A stretch of 64,000 nucleotides of DNA from Raillietiella orientalis. Lineage: Eukaryota. Positions 46,854-59,984 of the stretch are shown here, piece by piece. The stretch spans positions 8,308,001-8,372,000 of the forward strand of contig JAYWIR010000001.1 of the NCBI GenBank assembly GCA_036172245.1, read 5' to 3'. The position numbers and the translations under genes are program-made. Numbering within the stretch: position 1 is the first letter of the stretch; the number at the start of each line of letters is the position of its first letter. The notes under the pieces were generated by a model. That model had not been told where the DNA came from and searched no databases. It saw only the letters and a list, made by a program, of their open reading frames with translations.

Positions 46854-49439
46854 CGACGCGGGAGGGGAGCCTGGGACTTGGAGTCGCCATGCTGCATCCC
46901 CCTCCTCGCATCCCCCTCACCGTATCCCCCTTTGTATTCTTGGGACCGCGGGGAAGTTTTGCATGAGCACCAGTTTCGTCCTTACTCTGGGAAAAGGGCT
47001 CGAGAAAGAGGAGCTCTCCTGGTGGCCGACTGCTTGGGAAGGTGGCCGACTGGGGATGCCGCAACCAGGGATCTCTTACCTGCCTCCTGGGAAGGAGTTG
47101 GTTGGGTGCTTGCGTTCAGTGAACTTCGGTTGCGTTGCCTCGGGTCTCCTTGAACGCGCACAAGGCGGGAGGGTTCCCGTCTGGCTTCACCAAAGGCATC
47201 GCAGCAAGAGGTGGCAGTTTTATTCAGGTTTTCGAACCTCTGCCTACGCAGGGCTGCTGCAGAACAAGTCGAGAATGGAAGCGTCTAAACGTAAAGAACA
47301 AAAGGATCTGTGAGGACCCGGCGTGGGGTTCTTTGAATCCCTCCCGTAAATGACCAAGGGAAACCGTGGAAATCCCCTCAAACTGTTTCCAAGTACGTTG
47401 TCCGACGCGCGTGGCAGAAGGTCGACTTCTCTCGGTGACTGCAGCCGAGGTTCCCGCTGGAGGCGTGCCCCGCTGCAGTCCCCTCCGCGTGTGGAACCCT
47501 GATGCGAGAAGACGGAAGATGAAGATGACTCTTCCCGCTGCCTGCTGAGGCGGAGAATTGGTTCCCTCGAGCGGTGAAATCTGCTGCCCTCCTCTCTCTT
47601 GGTCCACAGACGCACACCACACTCGCAGTGCCTGGTCTGCACCACGTCCATCATTCGACGGTGTCTCCCGCACCACTCCCGCTGCGCCGCCTGTCCGGCA
47701 GGCGAGCGGGTCGTCTTTCTAGAGGCTAGGTCTTCCAGAACGTGGCGGAATGGAAGTCACGCGTCGAAGTTGCCAGGTGTGGTCGCGAAGGGGAGGGGGC
47801 CCTCATGCCGGACTCAGAGCGCGACCCAATAAGACAGGAAGTGTGCTCGATGTGGTGTAAGTGGACTTCAGGACTCCTAGCGAGCGCCTGCCGGACGGGG
47901 CCAGCGTCCTTCTTTGGAAGATATCCCTGCCCGATCGGCATCCTGCCCTCCATTTCCCCCCCCCCCCTGTGTGGGGTCCTCGAGGCGGATAACTTCTTGC
48001 TCTTGGGACGCGTCCGACATCGCCGTCTGCAGACATCCCCGACCCCGGGGAGAGAGAGACTGCCGCATCCCCATAGGTTTCCCAGGAGAGGATTTTCGAG
48101 GACAGCTGCAGGGCAGCTGCAGGGACCGTCACGGGATTCCCGAACGGGAAAAAGGGATGCAACGCACCCGCCAACCGCTTCCTTTTTTCCAGTACCAAAC
48201 GGCTCTTTCCCAGCATCCCTTTAGGGAGCCACAGATGAGCTCCAGGCTGCAGACCGCGGCTCGTGAGCCTTCCTTGCGAGCTGGCGGGCGCGTTCCCGAG
48301 TTTGCCATTTCCTTCGCTCCCTCAAAGCAGCCAGATCAAGGATTCGCGGCCAGATGTTGCGGGCGCATCTTGGGATGGCTTCCGGCTCACCTGTCTCCGG
48401 GACGCCGATGAGCGCGTGACAAGAACGCGGCGGTTTTTTCCTCCTCTCGCGGGATCGCGCTTCGCCCTCCGCTCCTCTCCAGTCTGTCGCCTCGCAACGG
48501 GTCCACGGAGCAGCTGATTTCTAGTAGCGGCTGGAAGCAGCATCGGTGCCTGCGAGTCCACCTCTCCTCGGAGAGGCCTCCCCCTTGAAAAAGGAGGAGG
48601 GAGGAGCTGCAAGCGAGCCAGAGCGGCGCTCAGGAAGAGTGGAAACGCGCTCCGGGACGGAAGCGGTCTCCAAGGCGGCGCCATAGGTGACGCTCGCCAG
48701 CTCCGCAGGCCTCGGAGGTTACCAAGGAGAACGGGAGACCGGATGGAGCTTCACGTGAATGGAGGAAGAGCTCCAGATGAGCGAGCGTCCGCGATGCTTG
48801 GGAAGGCGAACCAACGGGTGGAAAATTAGTCGAATCTCCAAGACGCATCGCCGGCCATCCGTGCGCGCGTGCGGCAACGCGCTCAGCTCGGCAGCCTCTC
48901 CGCCGAAAACTTCCGGATTCCCTTCCATTCATCCTACCCCCATCTCCCACCACCCTCGAACCAGCTAGTGGTGTGCACCGGCACGCCGCACCCTCCGGCC
49001 ATGCGGTGAAAAAGCGCGGGACTTCATTCGCTGCTGCCGCGGAACCCAAGTAGGGCGACTGGATTCGGCTACCCCCTGAGGCATGTGCCCTCACTTCTGG
49101 CAGCTCACCCGTGAGCCTCCTACCGCCTCCCAAAAATACCGGAACGCCTGGCGGGAGGAAGCGCTGGAGTCCTGGGTCGCCACTTTGGAAGTGCGCCCAT
49201 GCAAGCCGCTGGGAGAGACATCCTGCAGGACTGGACGCAGGAGTTCCGGGTGGCCATCACACACCTTGCCGAAGCATCGTCTGCCCTCGGGGCAAACGGT
49301 GGCAGCAGCGAACCGGAGGGATGGGAATTCTCCTGCAGCATTGCGGGGGTCGACGGCTGCAAGACGGACGAGCTGGTGGACGGCGCCACTTCTCATTCCC
49401 GATGGAGCAGCCTTTTCGGTGTGTCTCTAGGAGAACTCA

Positions 49440-50027
49440 CGGCCCCTCCTCTGCGTACGAACACCTCTGCGTTCCCACTGGATGGTTTCCTGCGTAATCG
49501 ACTCAGGCACCTGGTTTCCGGGGAAGTCGCTTCCCCAAACTGTTCCAGGCGTGGGGCGACGGGATCGCTTTCGCACCTCATGCTGGAGAGCAACACCCTC
49601 TCGGACACTCGGAGAAAACTCACCTCGGCGGTCCGCCACCCGGAAGGAGCGCCGCGCCAAGGACTTGCTGCAGAGATTCTTCACGCATGGCAAAGTGACG
49701 GCGGGCGCAGTGATCGCAACGGGATGCTGCATCCGCTCCATAGCGACAGTCCGTCATGTGCTGGAAGACGGAGGGAGGAAGGCCGCCCGAGTGGCAGTGC
49801 CTTCACGAGGCCGACTACGAGGAAGCGCCCCACCCACAAGAATCGCCAGGGAAGTTGCCACCATCCGCAGCCGCTCCTAGGAAGAAAGTAACGATTGAAA
49901 CCAAAGACTCTTCCTGTCCCTCCACCCTTCCGCCTTTTTTCATTCATTTATTGTTCCCTCCCTTCTTTTCCTTAGAAGCTGGCCTGTGTGCCGGTGGTCA
50001 TCCTCAATAAACCTTTCTTTTTTTTTT
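49440..50027 (+). mobile_element. 3' end of a non-LTR retrotransposon (zinc knuckle, 3' UTR, AATAAA, T-rich tail)
   Basis: FLRNRLRHL...SPNCSRRGATGSLSHLMLES..L...R resembles SPxCxxCG..S..HLxxEC. AATAAA at 50006-50011 is followed by CCTTTC(T)n. Confidence 0.45.
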
Positions 50028-53000
50028 GGGGGAATCTCTTGTATTGAGGGGACGCCGCTCCCCCTCTGACCTGTGGTTTATTTTTTAAATACATGTCCCG
50101 GCGTCACCGGGTAAAAAGAACCATCCTCATTCGATCCTCCCTGATTCTCTCGAGGAGCTGCGCGCCTACTGCGTAGCCAGAAAACACGTCTGCGACGTTT
50201 TCCCCTTTCCCAGGGTATCCAGAGAAAGTCTTCCATGCATGGGAGCTCGCGATCCGCGAAGCTCGGAGTCTCCATGGTAGGCCCACAAAACAGTCAGGGA
50301 GAAGCTACGGGATCCCCTCCAGCGATGCTGCGCGGAACCGTCTCCTCAAGCCGTTTCCCGTATCCGCCAAACCCGCCATCCTCTCCCTCCGCCATCAGCA
50401 TCTGCAGCGGCGAACGCGCAGGCGGGAAGCGAAGGGGGAGGAGACGAGGGATCCAGAATCCCCTCGCGCCGGCGCGCGATGACGCTTCGGAAGCGGGGCC
50501 GCTCGCGGGCGGCCCTCCCGGGAGGAGCCAAATCTCCTGACGAACAAGAGCGGAAGGCGGGGTGTTGGTAGCTGTAAGGGATGGGGAGGAGGGGTAGGCA
50601 GGTGATAGGGATAAGCAGAGTGCAACCAGCTCCAGGTCCGCGAGAGGTCAGCTGCGAGGGAATCTCCGCGGGGAAGAAAGGGCGAACTGCGATCTTCATG
50701 GAGGACCCCTCTGATGATTCCTCTTCCGGTCGATCCCCGCACAAGACGCCCCTCTGCATTCCTCCACCCCCCCCCCTCCACCTCCTTACGGGCGCTGCCA
50801 AGGAGGGAGGGACTGCTTCAGGCCCCTCGGAGAAAAACAGGGATGGTAGGCACGCCGCAACCATGGAGACCTTCTCCGGGCGCTGGATGCAAGCGCAGGC
50901 GCCGCAGGGGGAGGACCAGCGCGCCTGGTTACTGCGTCTCCGTGGGAAAAGCGCCTCGCTGGTCGCTCCAGGAGTGCAGTTCCCCGCTGGAAGTGAAAAC
51001 GCAGAGGAAAAGTGCCGAAAGCGTCCCCTCCTTCCCTTGGAGTGTCCCGGAGGGTCCCTCCGTCCGCCTTGGAGCGTCTCCCCGGGCTAAGAAGGACGAT
51101 CAGGACAAGTGGCCATGAGGAAGACGCGGGACGGATGAACGACCGTCTTCAGGGAGGGGGCTTGGGGGGAAGGGGAGAGAACCAAGGATCCTGACGCTTG
51201 CAATCGATGTGGCGCCTTCCCGTAACATTGGGGCGAGAGACGCGTTTTCCCTCCTGCCCATAAAGAGCGGTATCCGAAAGGACTCCCTGTTCCTTGGCAA
51301 CGGATAATTTAATTTGCAGGAGGCTGCGTAGCGGGAAGGCACGGAGGAAGCAACGAGGCCCATTCCTGAAGGAGAGGTGAGCGGAAGAGAGCGTCGCCCG
51401 ACGTCACATTCAGAGATGCCCTCCAGCAGACGAACAGAGCGAAGGAGCAGCCATCCTTGGAAACCGAGACTTGGGCGAGAGATCAGGAAAGAAAAAATCT
51501 CTTTCCGCAAGGAGAAGAAGGAAGAGAGGAGGAATCGGGACAGACGCTTCGGGAATTAAGGAAGAGTTCAGGTTCCCGACATGACGGTGCACTGTCCCTT
51601 CTTGGAGCTTCGAGGTCTCGGGAGCGGAGCTCCTGAGGGGAACCTCCGCATCCACCTTGTCCGTGGGCAAGGTGACGGGGGAAAAAATGGGGCGTGACCC
51701 CCTCCCTCCTGCGGTCCACTACGACTCTGTTCCTGCCCCAAGTCCGAGCGGCGCAAACCCCCCGGAAAAAGGAAAGGCAGGTTACCCACCCCGGACTTCC
51801 GCCATCTCTGCATCCCTGGATTCATCGTCCCTGCTCTTCTCATGCGGCAATGCGGAGCCGGTGACGAGTGCTACAGATGGACGTCCCAGGGATGGACGAT
51901 CAGAGCAGTCGGTCGGGTGAAAGGAGGATCCTAAAACAGGCGCAGGATGTCTCTTTTTGTCGCCCTCAAGCAGTCCCCAGGGAACGAGGGGCGGATGACT
52001 CGAAAGTCGCGTTGCAGGCTGCACCCCGAACGAGCCGGCAGGCGTGGTTGACCCGAGCTCCGAGGTCCCCTCTCCTGCCGAAGGCGGCAATCCCTCCGCA
52101 GAGGAGCGCGCCCAAGAGCGAAAACGCTCCGCTGCCGTGAGAAACGCTGACCAATTCGATCGTGACCTCGTCCTTCCGAAAGGTGTGGGGCGTTCGGGGG
52201 CGCACGGACGGAAGATGCCGTGGGGTGCGTTCCTCCCTCGACAGAGGTTGCTGCAGGGAAGCGCGGTGGGGGTTGTCCACGTCCCGTCTCCTCCCCTCCC
52301 TCCCTCCCTTCCTTCCCTTCCTCCAGGATGAAGTTTCGCCATCCGAGCTGCCCTGGTCGAGAACGAAAATGATGAAGGAACAGGTTCGGAAGATGCGGCC
52401 GCTTTTTCCTTTTTTCCAAGAGAGGATCCCAAGCTCCTTCGCACGTGAAAGCGAGCTGGACGACGCCCAGTACAGTACGCATTAGGGGCTGTACTGATGA
52501 CTCTCGCAGAAGCGTTCGCGCTCGTTTCAGACGGTGGACGCCCCTCCCTACATCTCGAGTGGGGATGAACGAGCGAAGAGCATCACTAGAGGAAGGAGAG
52601 GGGGCCGGGAGGAGGGCTAAAAACATCACAATCGCGGCCGAAAAATTTTCGCGCGCACGCAGAGACGCACGAGCGCGCGCGCTCGTGTACGCACACGTGA
52701 TGTGCAAATCATCGCGCATGTGCACGCGGAATCCGCGCTTCGCGACGTGCGCTCCTTTCGTTTGTTACAGCTTGCGGAGGCCCTCCGCCTCGTCTCGCCA
52801 CCGCACCTGCGAAGGTGCACCTCGGGCTGGTACGACGAGCGAGAGACCGCCACGACCTGCCCCGAGGGTCCGTTCGAAGAGCGGGAACAAGGCAGGCACG
52901 GGAAGGCGCCGCTCTCGAGAGCGCGCGCGCGCGGCAATTCCGTCCGGGCACTTTCCGTTGCGCAAGAAAGCTCTTAGAGAGGTGGAACCGCTTTCCACCT

Positions 53001-53888
53001 CCTTGGGAAAACCTGCCACCAAGCTCTAAGAAAAAAAGAAAGAAAAAAAAGATGGCGGTGTGACATGAACTTGAGGGCTCGCATTATCACTGATTGATAA
53101 GAGTGATGTAAGGGACGAGACGGAGCAGCCTCGCGGATGTTCGCCAAGTCTGTCAGCCCGCGGCCCGCTGTGGCAAAGCGGCTTCCCCGCCAACCTGGGG
53201 TCTCGACAGCCGTCATCTCGACGGAGCTCCGTGATGCTGGCGCCGAGGTGACCGCGAATGCCTTCCACCACACCGCCGCCTCTTTTGTTGCAGTTGAACG
53301 GGCGCCGCAAAGAAGAGTGCCGGTTTCGCAGCGCTTGTTTGGGCAGCAACCCGGAAACCCGCCGGCGCCCGGAACAGGACTTCCGCGACGTACGAGCGCG
53401 CGCGCACGTGACCTGCGACACCAAGAGACGGGGCAGGTTCCTCAAGTGCAGGCCTGTCATCGCGTCTATCAAGATCCAATCTCCCCGTCCGAGAGGCGAG
53501 GCGGACTTCTCCAGGAAGTTTCCATCACCTGCGGTGCTTTTAATTGGTGGATTCACGTGGTTGACGTGAAAAACGAGCGCGCCGTTTCGAAATGGCGCAC
53601 CGGGAGGAAGGACTCGGCACGCAGAGGAAACTCCCGACACGGCGGGGCGCGAACGACGTTCCGAAGGACGGGAGACGTTTGGTCCACCCAGAGCAACCTC
53701 GACGTACCGAACACCACCCCGGGGGGAGTTTCGCCGGATCGGCGCTGGTGGAAAGCGGCACTCGGGGCGCGGGAGAAGGGTGAAACTGAGAGGTCCACTT
53801 TTCCGCTCCTACATCATTGGCGATGCGAGAAATGATGACGTGCGCGCAGTTATGTGGAGCGGTCAGTCTCCAGTCATGCTGAAGATGT

Positions 53889-53960
53889 GGCACGACGCAG
53901 GGATTCGAACTTCGAGAGGGAAGGAAGGAATGCACTGCTCCAAAGAGCCATTTTCGACGC
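53889..53960 (-). other. tRNA-like Pol III head (SINE fragment or tRNA pseudogene)
   Basis: A-box-like TGGCTCTTTGG (53950-53940) and B-box AGTTCGAATCC (53911-53901), ending ...GTGCCA. The acceptor stem does not pair. Confidence 0.3.
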
Positions 53961-54249
53961 GGGTTGAGAAGCAACCACCTCGACCAGAAAAGGGAGAGAG
54001 AAAACGCAGAATCAAAACGAAACTGACATTAAAGCATCGCGCGAACTTGTGTGCCCTTGATTTTTTGACAACTCATTTGTAAATGATAGCAACAAAATCA
54101 TCACTGGCCACGTTTTCCTCATCTGGAACGCTACTGAATCATCATTCCCCGAATGTGATGCATCAGCTCTGTCCATTCTGGCTTCCTACCGCAGCCAGAG
54201 GAGTTTCGAAAAAGTTGGGCGATTGATTTGAAATGTGGTTAGCTGTACG

Positions 54250-55700
54250 CCGTTCGGATCATCTAGCGGATTGTCCTGGATCTGATGAGGTTGTGATCTC
54301 CAACGCAAGATGGCACTGTAAATCACCGAAGGAATGAGATTTCGAATATCGCGCAACTACGGCCGAGGCTCACGGGATTCATCGAGTAGGCACGCATAAC
54401 ACAAGTGTGCCGAATGAGAACTTTTGAAGCGTATTCTTCCTAATGTGCAAACGAAGCTCCCTTGGGGGATGTAACTTTCGGAAAGGTCGTCAAGGAGAGA
54501 GGTAGCAATGCAACTCCTTCAAAGTAACTTTTTCACATCAGCCAACAAAGACGTCGGAAGAGTCCAGATCTCGTAGAAGAATCATCTGCCTTTTCCAGAC
54601 TAAGGCCAAGAACAATACCATCCTGAGACACGTGGTGATTTCCCAACTCTTGAATCACAGATATGGACAGAACCTTGAACATAACGCCAGAGTGAATTCC
54701 GTCCAGCGCGTGGTGCTGGCTCGGCTCCGAAACCTAGGAGCACTCCCAGGGGTGAGATCTGACCCGGGTCTTCGTATAAGAGCGGGTGCGTTAGCTCCCT
54801 GCGTAAGGAAAACTCTTTCGCATCACTCGGGGAAGAACCGAAACTGAATTTCAGAAGTGGCAGCGCTGGCAGTAAAGAAAATTGCGAAATTACTCTGATG
54901 GAAAGAGTCCCGGGAACGGCCGTAACAAAAGCCTCCAACAGCAGGGTCTAGTACCGGACTAGTACGCATCAGTCCCGATGATCGTGTCCCAGAACCGGGA
55001 AACTTCGTGTCAGGCCCTGTAACCGAGGATTCGTGTCCCATCTTCGGCCATCGGATGCGGAGGATCCAATCGAAGCTGCTCGAGAAAACATTGGAGAGGC
55101 AAACACGAGCAGAAAACGGCGAGGGAGTTTGGCAAACTTCGGGAAGAAGAAAAGAGCGTTGGCTCACTACCAAAGAAGGGAATGGAAGCTTTCCGAAGGG
55201 GAAAAATGGGCATTCGGCAGGAGGATTCGGGGATGCGCAGGTGAGGAAAGATACGAGTCCTTACGCGGAGAGTGCCGAGGTGCCTGTACGACTCCCGAGA
55301 GCGTTTGCCCTCAGTCGTCTCTCGCCTATCCCTGCGAGTTCGGAAGCACCCGACGTAACGCCTGTTCCCATCTGCCGGCGATCTCGGGAACAGATCTCGG
55401 GAGTTGCGAAGTTCGCGGAAAGAGTGAGCAGATGGCGCGCCGGTCTTAGCGAGGGAGGCGGTTTTGCGGAAGCCTTCCCTTCCCATCCTCTTCTCTAGAA
55501 GGCCGCGAGCTCTCTCACTGCGACCACGGCAGGCTTTTATCCATGGCATTTCCACGCGCAGCTTCCCCTGGCGTCCCTCGTCGTTCCTCCCAGCTCCAGA
55601 CAGTCACCGCGTCTTCTCTCTCGCCACCCGCGCTGCTTTTGTCAACGTTTTCAATGGTAGCGCCTGCACTGTATGGTGGTCTCAGCCAGCGCCACTGCTG
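54250..55700 (-). mobile_element. Degenerate L1-type LINE RT and C-terminal region
   Basis: Ordered relics: TASLAKTG..FR (like ITLLxKxG..NYR), LRKAS (like DFxKAF), QISPLGVLLG..LWRYV (like KYLGV), and FYEIWTLPT..VKKLL. Many stops and frameshifts. Confidence 0.4.
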
Positions 55701-57020
55701 CTGTTCACGCTGGTACGGCTGCTGATGCTCGGGCCATTCCTTCGGAAAAGTGGTGGCTCCCCTTCTCTTCCGTGAAGACTCTCTGGAGGAAAGGGATGAG
55801 AGGCGACAAGGGATGCGGCTGGAGGCGACCCGCGGGCAGCTCTTGCTTCGCGCCGCAGCGGGAGTCTCCGAGCTCGACTCCCGGCCGGCGGAGTGCCCTG
55901 GTCCTTTGCGATGGAGTTCCGCTGCCGAGTTGGCGTTGCCGCCGCAGGGAAGGACCCCAGAGCCGCGAAGATGGCGGATGTCAAGCTCGGTTCTCCGAGG
56001 ACCTAGCCTGACACTATCGAGAGAGGAACGCCCTGCGTACAAGAGAGCGGCGAACTGGTCGAGGACGGCCCTAGGGCGCTGAGGACGAGGCGACCGCGAT
56101 CAGCGACCTCACTGCCAACCCTCCCTTCCCCAGAAGAACGGAAGGGAGGTCGCGCTCTCCCTCCACTTCCTTTCCCATCCGAAGGTTCCCCGGAGCGACC
56201 CGCCTCTGGATGCATCCCTGCATCCGACCCGACAAGGGCGCCGCTGCTGCTTCGAGAGCTGAAGACGCTCTTGAGGGTCTCCACGTCCTTTGAGGAAGGG
56301 CGCAGCGCGCGCAGAGGCGGTTCCGGCGCGTTTGCTCCCGGGACAAAAAATTTCGTCGTCCGGATGACCCGTTTTGTTCCCGGGGCAGGCAAAGTGAGGA
56401 TGGGGAGGCAGTAGGGTTGCCAAACGCCAGAGGCCACTTGCCTCCTCTTCCTCCTCCCTCTCCCCTGGCAAAGTCCCGTCCCCCCCCAGAGTGCGAGGAG
56501 CGACTATTCTCCAGCTCCCAGCCAGGCCCAGGGAGACCTCGAAGGACCGCCGAGAGGTTCAACCGGCGACAGCGCCTGTCCAAAGGGCACCGAGAGGTCT
56601 GCCGGCATTCACTGCGGGTCCACGCCATTTTCCCATTATCGCCCACACCGCAATCGCTGCAGGGACGGCGATCCCCAGGGGCACCCCGTTCTCTGCAGAC
56701 GCCGTGGCCACCCTGATTTCCGGGAGCGACGGGCACTACGGGCGCTTCCTGGAAAATCCCGCGCAGGTGTCGGTTCGCGCGGGGAGCCGCCGCTTCTGGA
56801 CGAAGCGCGCAGAGGAGGCGCCTGGGAACGGAAAGGCTCCTCGGAGGCAGGGGCGGCTGGCCCGCAAGCAAGGGGTCTGGGGCGGGCTGCGTCAAAGGTA
56901 GCAGAGCTGATCGAGTCCCTCACTTTCCTAGAGTCCGGAGCCCCGCAGTGTCGCCTTCCTAACAGCCCTGGGGGAACGTCTCTGATCCTCTCTCACCTGC
57001 CGGCGGTTCTGGGCTCCGAG

Positions 57021-57363
57021 GTCCCCCTTTCGCATCTCCCGCGGTGGAGGGGAGCAAACGGAGGCGAAGCCAGGAAGAAAGAAAAAACGGAAAACTCTCC
57101 TGGAGGCCTTCTGGGGGCGGCGAGGACCCCGGAGAGTCGACTCCCGATCCCGGTCACTCATCGGGGGCATCCGGTTTTATTAGGTCCCGGTGCAGCTCCC
57201 GAACGCCGATGACGCCGGTTGGCCTCTGCCAACCGGCGTCATCTTGCAGGGGGAATTTGAACCCACGATGCACCCATCGCTCCGGCGTCGATCCTTTCTC
57301 GGGTGGAATGCGAACCCGCGATGCCAGGCACCACACGCTCAGGGAGGCCGCAGCCGCACGGCC
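57021..57363 (-). mobile_element. tRNA-derived SINE, copy 2
   Basis: Same A-box (57363-57354), B-box-like GGGTTCGCATTCC (57317-57305) and second box GGGTTCAAATTCCC (57264-57251). Shared blocks: CACGATGCACCC, GCCAACC.GCGT, ATCCCGG.CACTC, CCCCCTTT.CGCA. Confidence 0.65.
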
Positions 57364-58479
57364 CGGGAGACGAGTGTCCGAACCTGCACCCGCGAGGCGG
57401 AGCTGCCTCTTTGTCGCTCCGGGGAGCGCCCTGCGGTTCGGGCGCGCGGAAATTCCTCTTCCCTCCAACCCCTTACTCCCCGTCCTCCGCCAGACCGCCC
57501 TGCTTTCCCTGAAGCACTCCCTAATGAAGCCACTCCCAAAAGCCCTCTCGACCCAGGACGGCGCCCCCTGCTCTTTGATAGCGGTCCCTCCGTAGCGGCT
57601 CTGTCTCCGATCCCTGGACCCCTTCTATTCTTCCCTCCCGGCTCTTCATCGACCTTTTGTCCCTCCGGGAGTGTGACTGGCGGCGCGGGCTGGTTCCTGA
57701 CACGGGGACGCAGCACCCTCGACGCTCCTGCGTACCCACCCCGACCTGATGAAACCGCTACGGATGTCCCCGGCTCGCGAGGACCCCGTCGGGCACTGGA
57801 AAGAGCGAACGAAAGATGGCGCAGCGCGAGGGCAACTCGGAGGCACGGAGGGGGGGGCGCCGGAGGATGGCAAAGGAAAGGGCATTCAGAGCGGTGGGGA
57901 CAGCGGCAGGTTGCTTCGGGTCTGGAGGAGAGAAGATGCCTGCAGGGTCGCCAGAGCAGCTCGCGGGCAACCTCGCGAGAGACTGGCTCGCCGAAGAGGA
58001 CGGACAAGGGAGGTGCTCGGGAGGGAGGTGAGAGAATGCGACGGGAGGGGCGTCTGCGAGGGGGGCACCGGGAAGGGAAGCAGTCCTCGGACACTCCGGC
58101 ACACCGGGCGGCGGCGCCGCAGTGGCCGCGGCAGTGTCGGACCCACCGCCCAGCCCCTCACAGGCCGTCGGAGGAGGAGGCTTTGCAGAAAGGATGCCGG
58201 GAGAGACGGGCGTCGCGTCCTCCCTTGAAAGATGCAGGCGCTGCCGCGCGGCACGCCGGTTCAAGCGGGCCGGAACATCCCGGGAGAGGGAGGAAGTTGT
58301 CGCCTCGCCTTGGAGCGGGTGCAGCAGGCAGTAGCGGGGGGAATCATCTCCCACGGGAGCGCGCAGATGGTGCTGGGGGCGGGCAGGGTCGCACTCTCTC
58401 AGCCTTTCCCTCCCGTGAGGGTCCTGCACTCCCCCGCCAACGGCGGACAGCAGTGCCCTGGTCCGTTCGCCGGTGGAGC

Positions 58480-59855
58480 TTCTGAGTTCCCAAACGACCT
58501 TGAAAATAAACACACGTGTTCATTATGCACATTAATACGAATACTCGTGTATAGATTAATGTATTCATCAAAAAGATTATAAAAAAAATACATATGTTTA
58601 CTATGTGTATTAATATGCACATTCATATAGGGATTAATCTACAAATTTATTGGAACATTAATATAATTTACAATATGATTTATATATATTTATATATAGA
58701 TTAATATATACATGAACACATATTACAAACATTTTAAAAAATCAATGCATGTTTATTATATATATTGATATGCATATTGAATTCCTATATGCAGATTAAT
58801 ACGTATCCTAAAGATTATAAAAAATAAACATAGACGCCTTTTATGTGCACTGATTTATGCGTTTACATACAAGTCTATGTCAACATGTACATTGATTAAT
58901 TAATTACTTATATACATTAAGGTGTATGATTAATGTATAAATGAAAGATTACAAAAAGCAAATGCATATTCGTATTATATGTATTTATACGTAACGAAAC
59001 GAATACATAAATATCTGTACTGTAAACGTGTACCTTCATCGCTTGATCAGAATCCGGAAACCAGATTTCGTCATTTCCGGAGTTCCATTAGCTGAGTGTT
59101 GGCAACGACAGGAAAAGGAAACACGAAGTGTCCTTTCCCTTATTTTGATTTGGTTTGCCTTTTCAGTTTTTCCCACTATTTTCAACTGTCACGAGTGTTC
59201 TTTCCAATTCGATGCTCGTACACTCACTTATGCATCATTGTGTAAAACACACAATATTGTATGTTTGTATTACAAACATACAATAAAAAAAACTTTATAA
59301 ACATACGCGTTTATTTGTTTGTAATCTTTACTATACATACAAACAATACACTTTTTAATCATATCTATGAAGATGCACGAATGCACGAGCAAAATGAAAA
59401 TAATTTTTCATTTTGCTCTATATGTTAATTTATGTATCAACCCACGTATGAATATAATAATAAACAAATTCGTTAATTTTTGATAATATATATTTACGTA
59501 TATAAATTTATAAAAGAAACATGTTACAAAATATGTATGCATATTTATCTGTATATCAATGTACATATTAATATATAATGAACATAAATATCTGTTTTCA
59601 TCATCTTTAGAATATATCTTAATCTACATAATGAACATATTATAAATTACAGTAATAATATGCGTGTTAATCAATATTCATAAATATATGTGTTAAAATA
59701 AATTTGTATATTTACCTAAATGTATATGCACATATTAATAAATGTAATGCTGACCACATATAATCTTTCGAATGTATGTATTAATCTGTACATAAATATT
59801 CTTCCTGCGAATGTGCATGACAAACACGTTTCCAGGATCTTTCGGAATTTCGAAC
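58480..59855. mobile_element. AT-rich foldback-type element with long imperfect inverted arms made of subrepeats and a ~250-bp unique centre
   Basis: Left arm CACGTGTTCATTATGCACATT..AGATTAAT..AAAGATTAT matches the reverse complement of 59760-59830. AAAGATTA occurs at 58572, 58810 and 58944, and TAATCTTT at 59322 and 59761. GC drops abruptly at both ends. Confidence 0.7.
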
Positions 59856-59984
59856 GGAATGCCCGTTTCAGCGCCGGCAGAGAGACCGGGGGCCAGGGAA
59901 GGAATCCCCCTCATCCCACCCCAGCACGGACGCACGCGCACGCACCGCGACCACCTCGGGAGAGCGCGCTATGGGAGGAAAAGG

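Noticed and set aside
53889..53960. Functional tRNA gene
   Set aside because: A/B boxes are present, but no acceptor or anticodon stem can be formed. Kept only as a tRNA-like relic.
56560..56900. CSDCGVGDN..EC zinc-knuckle-like relic on the minus strand
   Set aside because: Single partial motif lacking the His. Plausible LINE debris but not supportable.
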